NCBI GenBank assembly: GCA_036172245.1 | Contig: JAYWIR010000057.1 | Coordinates: 248,001 to 312,000 of the forward strand | Reading direction: 5' to 3' | Origin: Raillietiella orientalis | Lineage: Eukaryota | Length of the DNA: 64,000 nt | Shown here: piece by piece, positions 23,776-35,900 of the stretch | How the letters are laid out: the number at the start of each line of letters is the position of its first letter | Numbering within the stretch: position 1 is the stretch's first letter | Translations under genes and position numbers: made by a program | Notes under the pieces: generated by a model | Database searches by the model: none | What the model was told of the DNA's origin: nothing | Seen by the model: the letters and a program-made list of their open reading frames with translations, nothing else

Positions 23776-25043
23776 TATGTAGCCCTTTGTTCTGATGTTT
23801 TCATTATCCTATTCAATTACGTTTAAAAATGGAAATCATGCTTAGTTTCTATGCAGTGCTTCCTTTGTATGAATTTTCAGAATTGCAGAATTCCAGTAGA
23901 AAACTAAAATGACACAGTGGATCTTATGAACAAAATGCGGATTGTTAAAATGTTTTTAGTTGTTTTTTTAGCAGTAAGGTGGGATGCAATTTATAATTCA
24001 GATTTGTGAATTGGAGACATGATTATTATGTGAATAGTCTTATGTGTGCTTTTATGTATAGCATTATCCAACATATAATATGTATCAATAGCTATGTTTC
24101 CTGTAGTTTTTCAATTTTTGTAGATAGATTTAAGCATGCAAATGCATTAGTCATGAAAAAAATGGCTTCTTTTGTAAAACCCTCATAGTTGTGTTTCAAT
24201 TTACTGATATATTTATTTTATTTTCTCACCAAAAAAAATATTGAGGGTATCTTTCCCGGCATGCTTTATAAATGTCTTCATTTCTGCAAAATCAGTTGAA
24301 CTTATTGTTTACTGTAAACTGTTTGTGCTTCTAATTCCCTATGAACTATCAGGAACTTTCTTGGCTTGCAAACATTAAATGAGGTGCTTCTGATTTTGCA
24401 AACAAAGGAATGTAGTCACATTCACAAATTCACAAAAATTTTTTGACTTTGCATTTCTCATGTTATCAAGTAATACTTTGCAATCACATGCACAAAAGCA
24501 TGTTGTGTTTGACATTATATTTTGTCTTGACACTGAATAAGTATTACAATTACAATTTTTTCATTTTCTATGTTTAAAAATTGTGGTTGCATTCAGAAAA
24601 TATTGCGTTTTCTTGTTTGGTTCCCTATTGTGACCTTTATTAGTTTGGTAGAATTTATTTTTTCACGAGCACCATTTCTTTGTCTTTTGTACAGTTGCTT
24701 GTACTCTTTGTTGTGGTGATTGCTAGAAGTTTTGTGAACTTCTCTGTTGTAGAAAATTATTGTTTCTACTTTACAGTAATGAAACTTGTACTGCATGTTG
24801 TATTGGCAATGCTAAAGCCTAAAGTGCACCTTTTCATTTCAAGTATTTTTTCATCCTGTTTTCTGGTTAATATTCTGTTTTGTATGCAAAGTACTGATAT
24901 ATGGTGTCAATGTTTATGTTGATCTGAGTGATTTGCTGTGTTCATGCAAAATTCCGTTTTGCAGGTTATAATGAATCTGACATGTTCATTAAACAGCAAT
25001 TACATAGTACAGACTCGAAAATTAGCTTGCTTATTCATATAGA

Positions 25044-26159
25044 ATGCAAGATATTGTTGCTAATTGTGAAAATGTCAAGTTTGACATTGAAATTGCTTTG
25101 GAGCAACAACTTGGTGCACAGCCCCTTCCTTTCCCTGGGATGGACAGTAAGTGACACCTTAGATTGCAGCAAGGACTGGCAATTTACTCTTATTGTTTGT
25201 AGAGACTACAGCAGCTGTATGCTCTTTTTATGCCAAAAGTTCTTGTAGTAAGGGTACATCCTGCCCATTCCGACACATCCTTGGTGACCGCACCATTGTT
25301 TGTAAGCATTGGCTAAGAGGTCTCTGCAAGAAGGGTGACCAGTGTGAATTTCTTCATGAGTATGACATGACAAAAATGCCAGAATGCTATTTTTATTCTC
25401 GGTTTAGTGAGTAAATGGGAACAAAGATATCCATATCTTGCTTTGAAATTTTAGATGCATGTCACAACAAAGAATGCCCTTTCCTTCACATTGACCCAGA
25501 ATCAAAGATTAAAGACTGCCCGTGGTATGATCGTGGTTTTTGTCGTCATGGTCCCAACTGTAGGCACAGGCATGTGCGCAGAGTCATATGTGTAAATTAT
25601 GTTTCGGGGTTCTGTCCAGAAGGTGCCAATTGCAAATTCATGCAGTGAGTACTTAAAAAAAGGTTTAACTGAGGAGTATCTTGTTTTTTAGTCCTCGTTT
25701 TGAACTTCCAGCACCCATAGAAGAGATGCAAAAGCAAACTAAGAAGGTAATTATCACATGCCATTACTGTGGGGAGAGTGGGCACAAAGTAGTTCAATGT
25801 CCCAAAATGCCCCCAGAACTCAAGGAATTACAAATGAAGTCTCAAATTGAAAGGCAGGAGGTGAGTTGATTCCTCCCGTTCAATTTATTCTATACTCCGT
25901 GTAAATTTAGCAAATGCAAATTCTGGCACAAAGATATGGCATGACTGCACTTATGAATCACTTGGATGATTTAAGGGGCAAAAATCAACAGAGACCTTTA
26001 GAAGAGGTTACTTGTTATAAGGTAATATGTTTGTGTACTGTTTTTTCTGTCTAATGGGAATTTTAGTGTGGTGGCAAAGGACATTATGCAAACAAATGCC
26101 CTAAGGGACATCTTGCTTTTCTTAGCAGTGATTTAAGCAATCTCAGGGAGCGCAGCTAG
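25044..26159 (+). CDS. CPSF4: Cleavage and polyadenylation specificity factor 30 kDa subunit (CPSF30/Clipper), 289 aa. Exons: 25044-25146, 25203-25406, 25455-25644, 25692-25860, 25911-26021, 26067-26159
   Basis: N-terminus MQDIVANCENVKFDIEIALEQQLGAQPLPFPGMD. Five CCCH fingers (VCKHWLRGLCKKGDQCEFLH, ECYFYSRF, DCPWYDRGFCRHG) and two CCHC knuckles (CHYCGESGHKVVQC, CYKCGGKGHYANKC). Five GT-AG introns of 45-56 nt give an 870-nt frame. Confidence 0.97.
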
Positions 26160-26484
26160 TGTGGGATCAAGACAAAACCTATAAAATATCCTCTAACTTT
26201 TTCTTTGATGGCTGTCCTCTGTTCTGTGTTATTAAGAAAGATCATCATTCTCAGTATTCTCTTTATTAATTTCTTCAGAAACTTGGTATGTAGCAACATA
26301 GCAAGAACAATTCCTGTTCCAGCATATCGTAAATCTATTCATGAATCCATATGAGAATTCATTGTAGGGGACTTTTGACGTAGTCTGATTTCAGTGTGAG
26401 TGTGGATTCCTATCTGGTTTTAAACGGATCCGTTGGTTGCCCTTGGCCTTTATTATGAATTTATTGGTTCAGGACTATTGTTTT

Positions 26485-27099
26485 TCATGTCTGTTCTGCT
26501 TGAGGGGTTTCGGTTTTTTCCTCTGCTGGTTTCTCTTCTGCTGGCTTCTCCTCTGCTGGTTTCTCAGGTGCTGGTGGTGCCTCAGCTAATGGTTCAGCTT
26601 CAGCTGGAGGAGCTCGCTCAGGAGCCAGTGGCAGCGGCGCTGCTTCTTCTGCTGCTGCGAATTTTTTTACTTTTTTGCCCTTTTTCAGTGCTTTTCTTAT
26701 TTTCACTCCAGCTGAATCTTTTTCTCCCAACTTGATTTTTTTAATTTGTTGCTTCTGACCAGACCACATCCAGCGCAACTCATCGAAAAACTACATTTTT
26801 TTTAAAAGGCAAGAATTTCAATAAAAGGGACATGTTCAACTTACCCAGCAACAGCAGTACGCCAATATAAAACCACTCAAAAATAGTGTTATCGCTAATG
26901 CTACAGAGGTTGCAGCAACTGAAGCATCAAATTCTCCTTCTGTATAAACTGGAATCTGTTCTTCTTCTGCAGCGGTTGGTTTTTCCTCTCCCTCTGCTTC
27001 TGGTTCTGCACCAGCTTCCTCCGGTGCTTCTTCTGCACCAGCTTCTTCAACAGGTTCCTCTTCTGCTCCTGCAGGTACTTCTTCACCTTCTTCCTCCAT
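26485..27099 (-). CDS. Unrecognised 186-aa single-pass membrane protein. Exons: 27099-26845, 26790-26485
   Basis: Two ORFs join in frame across a 54-nt GTAAGT...TAG intron. Acidic E/A/P-rich N-terminus, hydrophobic SVALAITLFLSGFILAYCCCWFF, Lys-rich juxtamembrane segment and EKPAE repeats. Two AATAAA signals at 26449-26465. Confidence 0.8.
26521..26565 (-). repeat. Coding tandem repeat, 3 x 15 nt (EKPAE)
   Basis: CTCTGCTGGTTTCTC / TTCTGCTGGCTTCTC / CTCTGCTGGTTTCTC on the + strand. Confidence 0.85.
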
Positions 27100-28329
27100 T
27101 TCAAATCAATATATGAAAACTTTATATGTCAAAAAGATGTGAAATATATAAAAAAAAAAAGAATTTTCAGCAAAGGTGGCTCCTTTCTTTTCAACGCTGT
27201 TCATGCAATTTCCTCTGATTTTTGTTTAATAAAGTTGTGGATTCCAGATTAATCATATGGCAGGTTTTTAATTTTTCTGTTTCATTTTGTAAAGTATCAT
27301 AGCAACATAGTTTTTAGCCCACTGTATGAAATTTATGTATGTGTCCACGTGTTTTACTTGTGATTGCAATCATTGAATAATCAATGAAGTAATTATTGTT
27401 TGTTTAAGGCGAATAGTGAATGGGTTTTACAGAGACCCAAAAATTTCTCCCTGATAAACCCCACATTCAAAATTGTACGTAACGTTGCTAGATCACTGTA
27501 GGAAAGAATGTTTTACGTTCAATCCAATTCATAACGGAAATCTTTAGATAGTTCATCTTTAGTTGGATTTGATTGTCGGGTCACTGATGCCGTATGAGTA
27601 TAGATTTTGAAGTGAGAGACTTTATAGAAGGAACCTTTAAGCATTGTAGATACATAGGTACATTTTCGTTAGAACAAATAGCCAAAAGCGGATAACCGAA
27701 TGTTTCCACTGACTGTGCACAAGTTTGAAAGTAATTTTATATCGTGCCGAGGGGATGCTTCGAAACGTGTAGGAGAACCCGGAAACTGAAAGCATCAAAT
27801 GTGTGTTGTAAAGCAGTTTGATGTGCAAGTTGTTTGTTACGGTCACGAATCATTGCAAATTGATGCGGTTTGAAGTTACCCCCACCCCTTTTCTAATTTG
27901 CACTTTCATGAAAGTAATGGCAGTTCGTAACGAATGTACCATGTGTGTTATCTCTTTCATTACGAAGAAGCTTCGATTCCATCATGGAATGTGGCATTCA
28001 AATCTCTCGGTTCTCCCATTTAACCTGTGTAGCTCAATTTGTCCACGTCGACCTCTTTATTCAAATGTAATTAGGATACCTTTACCTGTAAAGTAGCGAG
28101 AAATTGGTTTGTCGATTTTTATCCTGTACAGGAGTTGATCAAGTTGCAAAATAGTTATCGCTCTTTTGTATGTTTTCACGTATGTTTGGAAAGTTTTAAC
28201 TTGGTGCAATTGCACCCTTATTTCTGGATACGATGCTTCCCTACTGTGCATGAATTAACACCTCCCACAATCGAACACAACGAAGCACATGATTATAGGT
28301 TAAATCTGGAGCTTTGCACCTTTACCAGC

Positions 28330-28704
28330 GTGTCCCAGGCGTGTCTTCGTTCCAGTCGCCTGCTTCGAGAAAGTACATAACAAGACGCAGCCGATCTTGA
28401 TCAGTTGCAGTTGCCTAAACAGCCCCAGGAAGGTTTGTGGCACTGCTGGGGCGCTCTTTGTACGAAGAAGTCGGACCACGCCTGTGGTGGTCCGATTTAT
28501 CATCTGCCGCTGAACTTGTAGCGTCCTCATCTTATGCAGAAGTCCGACCATTACGAGACTTTACTCCCTCAGCACAAGATGAAAGTGGTCACCACAGTAG
28601 CTCTTAGAACGGATATTGCTACGTTTACCTGGTATCTTGACCAGAAGTCATGTGCCGGAAAGAGAGATACGGGAGCGAACGACTGTCTGTCTCGTCTGCC
28701 ATGA
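28330..28704 (+). mobile_element. Decayed Ty3/gypsy-like pol (RNase H) remnant
   Basis: Frameshifted traces: SDH (cf. TDH) and terminal GANDCLSRLP* (cf. N..ADALSRLP). Confidence 0.4.
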
Positions 28705-31030
28705 GTCACGCGTGAACCCGTTTAAGAACGAAATATCCCGCGTGATCACAGGTAATTAAAACAAGCTGATTTTGCTCAATATGTAAAGTAAGTGGCACTT
28801 CTGGCAGCAGAAGCAAAAGTTTGGTTAAATAAAAAAACTCATTAATACAGGATTGATTCGATGTGTTTCGGTACAAGTGAAAGTGATAGCTGAGCACTGA
28901 TTGCTATCATCAGTAAATAATGAAATCAATAAATAATTGCCCATCAGTGAAGGTTTCTTTTCTTTTCTTTTCTTTTTTTTTTACAACATTGACACTCAGC
29001 TTGAAATGTCTCAAATGAGTTCTCAGTTCTTTGGGCACAAGTTTTTGGGATGAAATAGGTAGGTGTACGATTTCGAATCAGTTAGCATCTGAGACCATTA
29101 ACTCAATATTTATGGTGACGCCCTCGGCTCAACACCTGGCTTCTTCTTTTGCCTCTGGAATATGCGTGGGATGAAAGAATTATGTTGCCCAGTGGTCGAA
29201 TAGGGGTGGGCTCTCCCGAGAAGGTGCCCCTTTCACTAGTCATTGCAAAGGAGAAGCTGTTGGCACCAATGTGTATTAAACATGGATTAAAGAAAACTGT
29301 TTTCGAGGCAGTACTGAGGACATTGGTGACCTTGCACACGTGAAAGAAAGGCTTCCTCATTTAAGGCACACGAAAGTCGTAGTAGAAAGAATTTATATGG
29401 TCCCAAATGCAAACATTTCTATGAGTTTCTAAAGTATCTCATCGAAATGTTTACGTATGTGTATGTATATATAGGTATCAAAAGATTGGAAAACTGGAAA
29501 TCATGTTTTCGATTTATCGAAAAACTGTGAAATTTTAATTTTTCCGAGACTTCGAGTTTTGCATGCTCATTTTCCTCCCTTTTATAATTTAGGGGACTGC
29601 GTGCAAAGACAAGTGCCTTCATCAGGAAATTCAACTGATGGAATATCATCGTAGCATCCATAGGATGATATTCCGTCAGTCTCGGCAGAGAGGAAACAGT
29701 CCCAATGTCTCAGTACCAGAAACAGCATGACTGTTTCTGGTAAGTATGTTTCCTATGTACGTGCTATACGTGCTATACAATCATGTCGAGGGTTATGGGC
29801 TCTCCAAGTGGCATCGCTAAAGAGGAATGCTCTCTCCTATGGCAACGAATCAATTCTATCTGCATCCGTGCATCTATTTATTCGATACCCATCTCACAAC
29901 TACATCCACATCCATATTCTGTTTGCTTCACTTTGCATCCTAAGCCTGATCAGAGGGTAGAAATCTCATTTTCATAATCACTGAACTGGAAGTTGCTGAT
30001 GCAGAATATTTGTGTTTCCATTGCAGGTGACAAACTCCAGCCAGTGCACTTATACCAAAATCTAGTTATAAAAGCATTCAAATCATATTGCGAGAGACGA
30101 AAAAACTAGGCTTCCTTCTCATCGAATTGGTATAGGAGGCTTTTTTTGACAGGACATGTTTTTTTTTCCTTAGAAAGATGCATGACCTCCTAATTTTATC
30201 GGGAATCATGATCGGTCGATCAGCAAACAACTTAAAGCCGAATCAAATAACAACAAAAAAACGAAGAGGTACACACACTTACTGGGTTTAAATGCAAACT
30301 ACAGAACCTGAGTGTTACGCCCGAAGGTAAGCTTTCCTGAGGTCACCCTGGGATGTTCAAGCTAAGATCGATGCTTCACTGCGGTGAGAAACCTGTTCTG
30401 ATCGTTAAGAGTTGCGATTCATCATATGAAATGCTTCTCTGACTTTCAGAACAATCTTGAACAAAGAAGTATTTTCTTCTATGTAGTTAATGAATATACG
30501 AAAAATCCTTTTATCAGCGTGCATTCCTAAAGGGAATTCGGGAATGTTTTAAAGGGTTCATTAGGAAAGGTGAAGTCTTAAGGATTCTGCAACTTCGATA
30601 AGGATTTTGGGAAAAAGCGTTCAGTAGTTCGTCGCAAGCGGCGCCAAATCTCCTCATAACAGGTGCATTTGTACATGTCGATTCGACTGACTTAGGCGGA
30701 TGAGATGTCCAGTACTCGTACGGTCGAAACCAGCGTCAGAAGGAAGCAGGATATCTTGCCGTGGTATACAGAGGGCAGCGTGCTGCAATTCAAGTTAAAA
30801 ATCTCAAGGTAAATATCGGTAAATATCTTCGTCATTCCATTCAAAGTAAATGATGATGATGCAATTTTTGCAAATGCAGCACAATAGTGATGAAAACCAT
30901 CCGCATCGTCAATGATATCACTACAAATTCCCAAACTGAATTAAAATGCAGAAATACGTCATCACATGCTGCACGAGCTAACCGAGGCGGCTCCAGTCAT
31001 GAGCGCCTTCAGAAATAAGCCTTATCGGGT

Positions 31031-31055
31031 AAAAAAAAAAAAAAAAAAAAAAAAA
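31031..31055. repeat. Poly(A) tract (25 nt) near the compositional transition
   Basis: Direct reading. Confidence 0.9.
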
Positions 31056-32496
31056 GTGATCAACGCCCCCATATTATCCGGAGATCTCTGAAGATGGATC
31101 GGCGAAGCGCAGGCTCGTCTAATCGCCTCACTCCTGGAACCGGGAGAAGAGACGCAGTTACTGGTTCCATCGCATAATCGAAATGCAACTCTGTATCAGA
31201 GACTCTGTTCTTTGCCTCGCCCTCCCTCTTCAGTCCCTCAACTTCCGTCGAAGCAGCTCGGCGTCTGAAAGATGGCGGTTAAGCGCTGACCGGTTAAGCA
31301 TCAACCCTGATCTCAGAGCTCCAGAGTGGGGACTCGCTCTTGAAAACGCCCCAGCACGTCTGGAAAGAGTTTGCTGTGGTACGCAGCCCTCAAGGCGCAG
31401 AGCAGAATGCGCTCATGGTGTTGGCTCAAACCATGCAGCTCATTTCTAAGCATTGTGTCGGGAGGATTGCAGAAGTTGGAAGCTGGCTGATTTTACCCAG
31501 CATCCAAAATCTTCGAGCTCACATTGGCGACTAGTCTTTATCGAACGAGTGTGAAAGTACTTCATGACTCGAGAGTGAAAAAGGACGAAAAAAAAAAAAA
31601 AATGCACAGCAACGAAACGCCAGCGTGAATACCCTAATCAAGAAATAGAGTAATTCGTTGAGAAAATTGAGAAAGACGTGAATTGTCAAGTGAAAGGAAC
31701 TCAAGAAGGAGAAGCTAATGGATGGAAAACCTTTGAGATCGTCCTTCCTTCATCATGCATGTGGACAACGAGGAGGACACTTGAAAAAACTTTGAAAGCA
31801 GGTGGTTGGAAAACTTGAGCTTGGAATGCTGAGTCCCCACTCGAAGGCTGCCAATTCCTGATCACACGAAATTGATTTGAGCTTCTTTTTGGAGTTTCCA
31901 TATCCTGGTGGTTGCAAGGATGATGAAAGACCGCCGGGAGCTGTGGACGTGTGTGCTTTTCGTGTCAGTTTCTGCGAGTGCAGGGGACGTCTTCGAAATT
32001 TTCTTAATCATCATCAACGTGTATGGGTCAATAGTGCACTTGAGGCATCCGATCGAATAAGAGACTTTACTTACACATTCAGTTTCAATGGAGAATCCCA
32101 TGGGTCCCTGTGAAACTCTCACGATTTCCCTCGAGCCACTTACACAACCACTTTTTTAATCCATCGCTGGTCGACAAATGGCGGATCTACCGAAACGAGA
32201 AGGAGAAATGGCCGACTGACAATTTCGCCCAAGACCGCAATTTTCAGTCGTTCGTTCTCTTCGACTGGATTCTTTTCGACGGAGTCAACAGTTTGACGTG
32301 CTTTGCGGCCGATTCGCACGGTCAGGCCGTCGAATTTCATGCATGTCGACGCGGTCGTCCTACAGCCGGCCTACCGAGTGGCCAATGGTCTACTAGGGTG
32401 AGCAAAAAAAAAAAATTCGCAGGTCACATGAAGCAGTTTTTCTCTTTCTCAAAATCAAAGCAAAGGTTGGTTGCGGATGCTTGTTTCTTCTGAAAA

Positions 32497-32970
32497 CGAA
32501 GCCGTCCAGTAATACCATGGAGTGGTGGGTTGATGTTTCTTCAGAGTGTGAAGAAGCTCGCTGCTCCCTTCGGGGAGCGGACCCTTCGGAGAAATTGGGA
32601 AGCGTCGTTTGTGGTTCTCTTCAGAGGAATAAACAAGGAGCAGTTCCCTTGCGAGTTCCCTTCGGAAAAGAAATGATGAGTGGCCCCCTCCGGGTGTCAC
32701 TCACCATTTCTTCTCCGGAGTGCCCCTTCCTCCGGAGAGAATAAGGAATAAGGAAGAGGTGATTCCCTTGGGGGTTGCCTCCCAAGAGTAAGAGAGGAAC
32801 AGACTCCTTCCTCTGGAGCCTTTCCTGGATTCATAAGGTAGTCCTCTCCTAGGGTACCCCCTGTAGCTTAAAGAGTTGACATGCACCCTCAAGTGGCGTG
32901 GAGCTGCGTTGAAGAGATTCATGAGCAGTTAGGAGAACGGTTCTTCGGTACTCAGAGAACTCCCAAAAAC
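32497..32970 (+). mobile_element. SINE-like family, copy A (5'-truncated)
   Basis: Aligns by eye with 37780-38200 and the reverse complement of 50660-50960. Shared blocks include GCTCCCTTCGGGGAGC, GAGAAATTGGGA, GAGAGGAAC.GACTCCTTCCTC and GAGAATAAGGAA. Confidence 0.75.
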
Positions 32971-35900
32971 AGCGCATCCCAAATGAACGGTGAAAATTTT
33001 TTCTTCCTCCATCGTAAGGACCTCCTCTTCGGCTTTCCCATGAACTTCTGGAGTCAACACGCCTTGACTCGGGGGATTTGAGCTCTCGACCAGGGCAACA
33101 GAAAGAAAAATCTCTAGCTTCATTTGGAAGGTGCAAACGACAGTCACGTGAGAGGTGACGTTCGATGAAACCTCGCTGGTGTTTCCAGAATCAAAAAGAC
33201 CATCTCCTTCTTTCCTGCTTTCTTTTTCAACGTCTTCAGCACAGGATTGTTCCTTGGACCATTTAGTTCCTGCCCCTTACGAGAAAACATTGGATTGCCA
33301 ACAGCCTTCGCCAGCAAGAGCTTAAAATGTTTGGCTCCCTCTCCGTTCTTCGGAGGTGGTTTTCTGGAAGAGAGCCGCCTTTCCGCGCGTTTCATTTTCC
33401 GTGGCCCTTTATCCGCCTCCGGTCTGGTTTCACTTCAGCGGGAAAGCTGCCCGCTGTTGAACTTTTCAACGGGAATTTTTGCTTCCCAGCACTTTTGAGC
33501 AGTCATCTCATCCTCGCTGGTTTTTTAACAAGCCCCACTCTTCGTGATCCATTTCCAAGCATTTTCCTCACATCTCGAGCATCTCGTTTCCTGCACGGTT
33601 TTTACCTTCCTCAGCCACAGCACACAACTGGGTTACTTCTCAAGATTCCAGAATGGATCCCTGGAGGATTTTATTTTTATTCCCATTCCTTTTTAGCCCG
33701 AAGCTTTGCCTTCCAATCGAGCTGAACTTTTCGAGCCGAACGCATGGGGGCAACATCCACAATGCACTGCTCCCCCCGTTTTGGCCAAACGGCTTCTCCA
33801 GTGACAGCCGAGCTCCCACTATTTTTAAAACTTCTTCACCAAAAGGAGTGCTTCAGACGCTCGTAATTACCACAAATTACCGAGAAAATTTGTTAACTCC
33901 AACCAGGAAGCTGGGCGCGCGGAGCACGGCCGCGACAAGCAGTCTTCCAGAATTAACTACCTGCGATGCCACACTGGGGAGCAGCACGGGATCGAGGAAG
34001 ACCAAGCCACTAAGACCAAGCCAGTGGATTTAAAAAAAGAATCCAAGCGGATTGTCAAGGAAAGGATTTATTCAGGGGCTGCTTGCGAGTTTAGGGCAGA
34101 CACCCCGCTCGGGCTCCACAGTACATGGCAGGGGAGTGCGTGCAGCGGATGGCTGGGTCTCACGAAGACGGAAACCACGAGCGCGCGGGTTAAACGAGAT
34201 GGCGGCCGCCAAAACGCTACCTCCCCCCTCCCCCTTCCTTCCTCCATCGCTTCTTCCTCGCGCCACATTCCGGGCGTCCGCTTGCATCGGGAACCGGAAG
34301 GAACCCGTTCGTGGGTTCCTCGCGCTGCAGGCATCTCGCCGGACCAGGAGGAGACGATCGGGGAAGGGGCCGGTCGGTGCCCTTCAGGCGGGTCAGAGTG
34401 CTTCCCAGTTTCGATCGGGAAAAGGGGATGGGACGAGGCGGATCTGCGGGATCTTTCGTCTGCAAAAGCGGAACGAAGCGGAACGAAATTCCCGTGTTCC
34501 CTCCGAAACTGCAGGGTGCGGTGGCACTTCGCTCCTTGATGTATGGCGCCGGGCCCCCCACCCGAAAGGCAGGTCTGAGGATGCGCTTCGTGATTCCTCC
34601 AAGCAACGGCAACCGGAACGGGCATGCCAAGTTTCGATTACCAGAGTGAGAAAAACTGGCATCTTTCTCGAAGGTTCGCGGCGCGCGAGCACGTGTTCGT
34701 CTCCGAGTCAGAAATGTTTATGGCTGTTTCCTGAAGAAATACAGGTGTCAAACAAAGAGATACGAAGTGTTGAAGGAATTCTCACAGCGCAATCCAAGAC
34801 ACGCCGGAAGTCTCGCGCAGGCGAAGTTCACCGTTCGCAACGGGAAAAATCCCGATTCGCAAGGATGCCGGGAATGGGTTGCTCAGCAACGCAATCGCCG
34901 GGTGGATTCGACCGCTCGTGATTACGAGAGCACCGACGGCGACAGACGACATTCTACCGCTGTTCCTCCGAGCGTGTCGAGCCACACCGCGGAAGGAAAA
35001 GGTCAGTTCCTGAGGTGTGGAATGGGAAGCCGCTCCCCAGCAGCGTCATCTCGAAGAGAGGCCGGGGATAAACCCCGATCGCTCAAGGGGGGCCATGAAG
35101 AGGGTGGGAGTGCGGATCCGACGGGCAGCTCCCGGGGTTTCGCTTTCCGAGGCGTTCTGGGAGAGGCAGATGAGGACGTCGGTATCGGAATCAGCTTTTT
35201 TTTCTCTTGAAAGATCATCTTGAAGCTCCGAGCTCCCTCGTGACAGCTTCCGTCTACGAAGGCAGCAGCTGAGGAGAAAGAAGCGGTTCGAGAAAACAAG
35301 GCATTTTTCAAGGTGCCGTCTTGGAGTGTGGTTTTCCTTTTTTTTTCCTTTTGACGTATGCAGCATCCATCATTCGCCAGTCATTAATTGATGCAATATG
35401 CTAGTGGCTCCGCCGAGTTATCCACTTGTTGAAAAATATTTTCTTCAAATAGTGGCTGATGACTGGCACTTGCTGACAAATAACATCTGCGGTTCAAATG
35501 CCATCGGGTATGTGGGCTGATATGAGGATATTTCAATTACAGAAAACAATTAGATCTGCATTTGGATGATTTATGACCTTTCTTGTTTTCTGGCCTCAGC
35601 TCACCGTAAGTCAAAGACAGATCGCTCATTGCTGATGGCAAAATGGCCACTGCAGCTTGTTTTCCCATCTGATTCGGGTTCCCTTCATTCACCGGACTGC
35701 CACTGTTTCGGACCATTTTTTTCCTTCCGAAAGCGTTCATCTTGTGGTAATGGATGCTGGATCCATGACTGCAGGATGAAGGTCCGAATCGACTTGGTCG
35801 TTGCAAGCAATCTTTACGACTGACCGGGCTGCTTCGAACAGCTGCGGTTCAATTTTTTTCTCTTTTCAAGATTACTCGAGGGTCAACGTGTATTCCACGT

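Noticed and set aside
30697..30737. Hammerhead-like words CGGATGA...CGAAAC-CAGC-GTC
   Set aside because: The core CUGANGA is mutated, and stems I and II do not pair.
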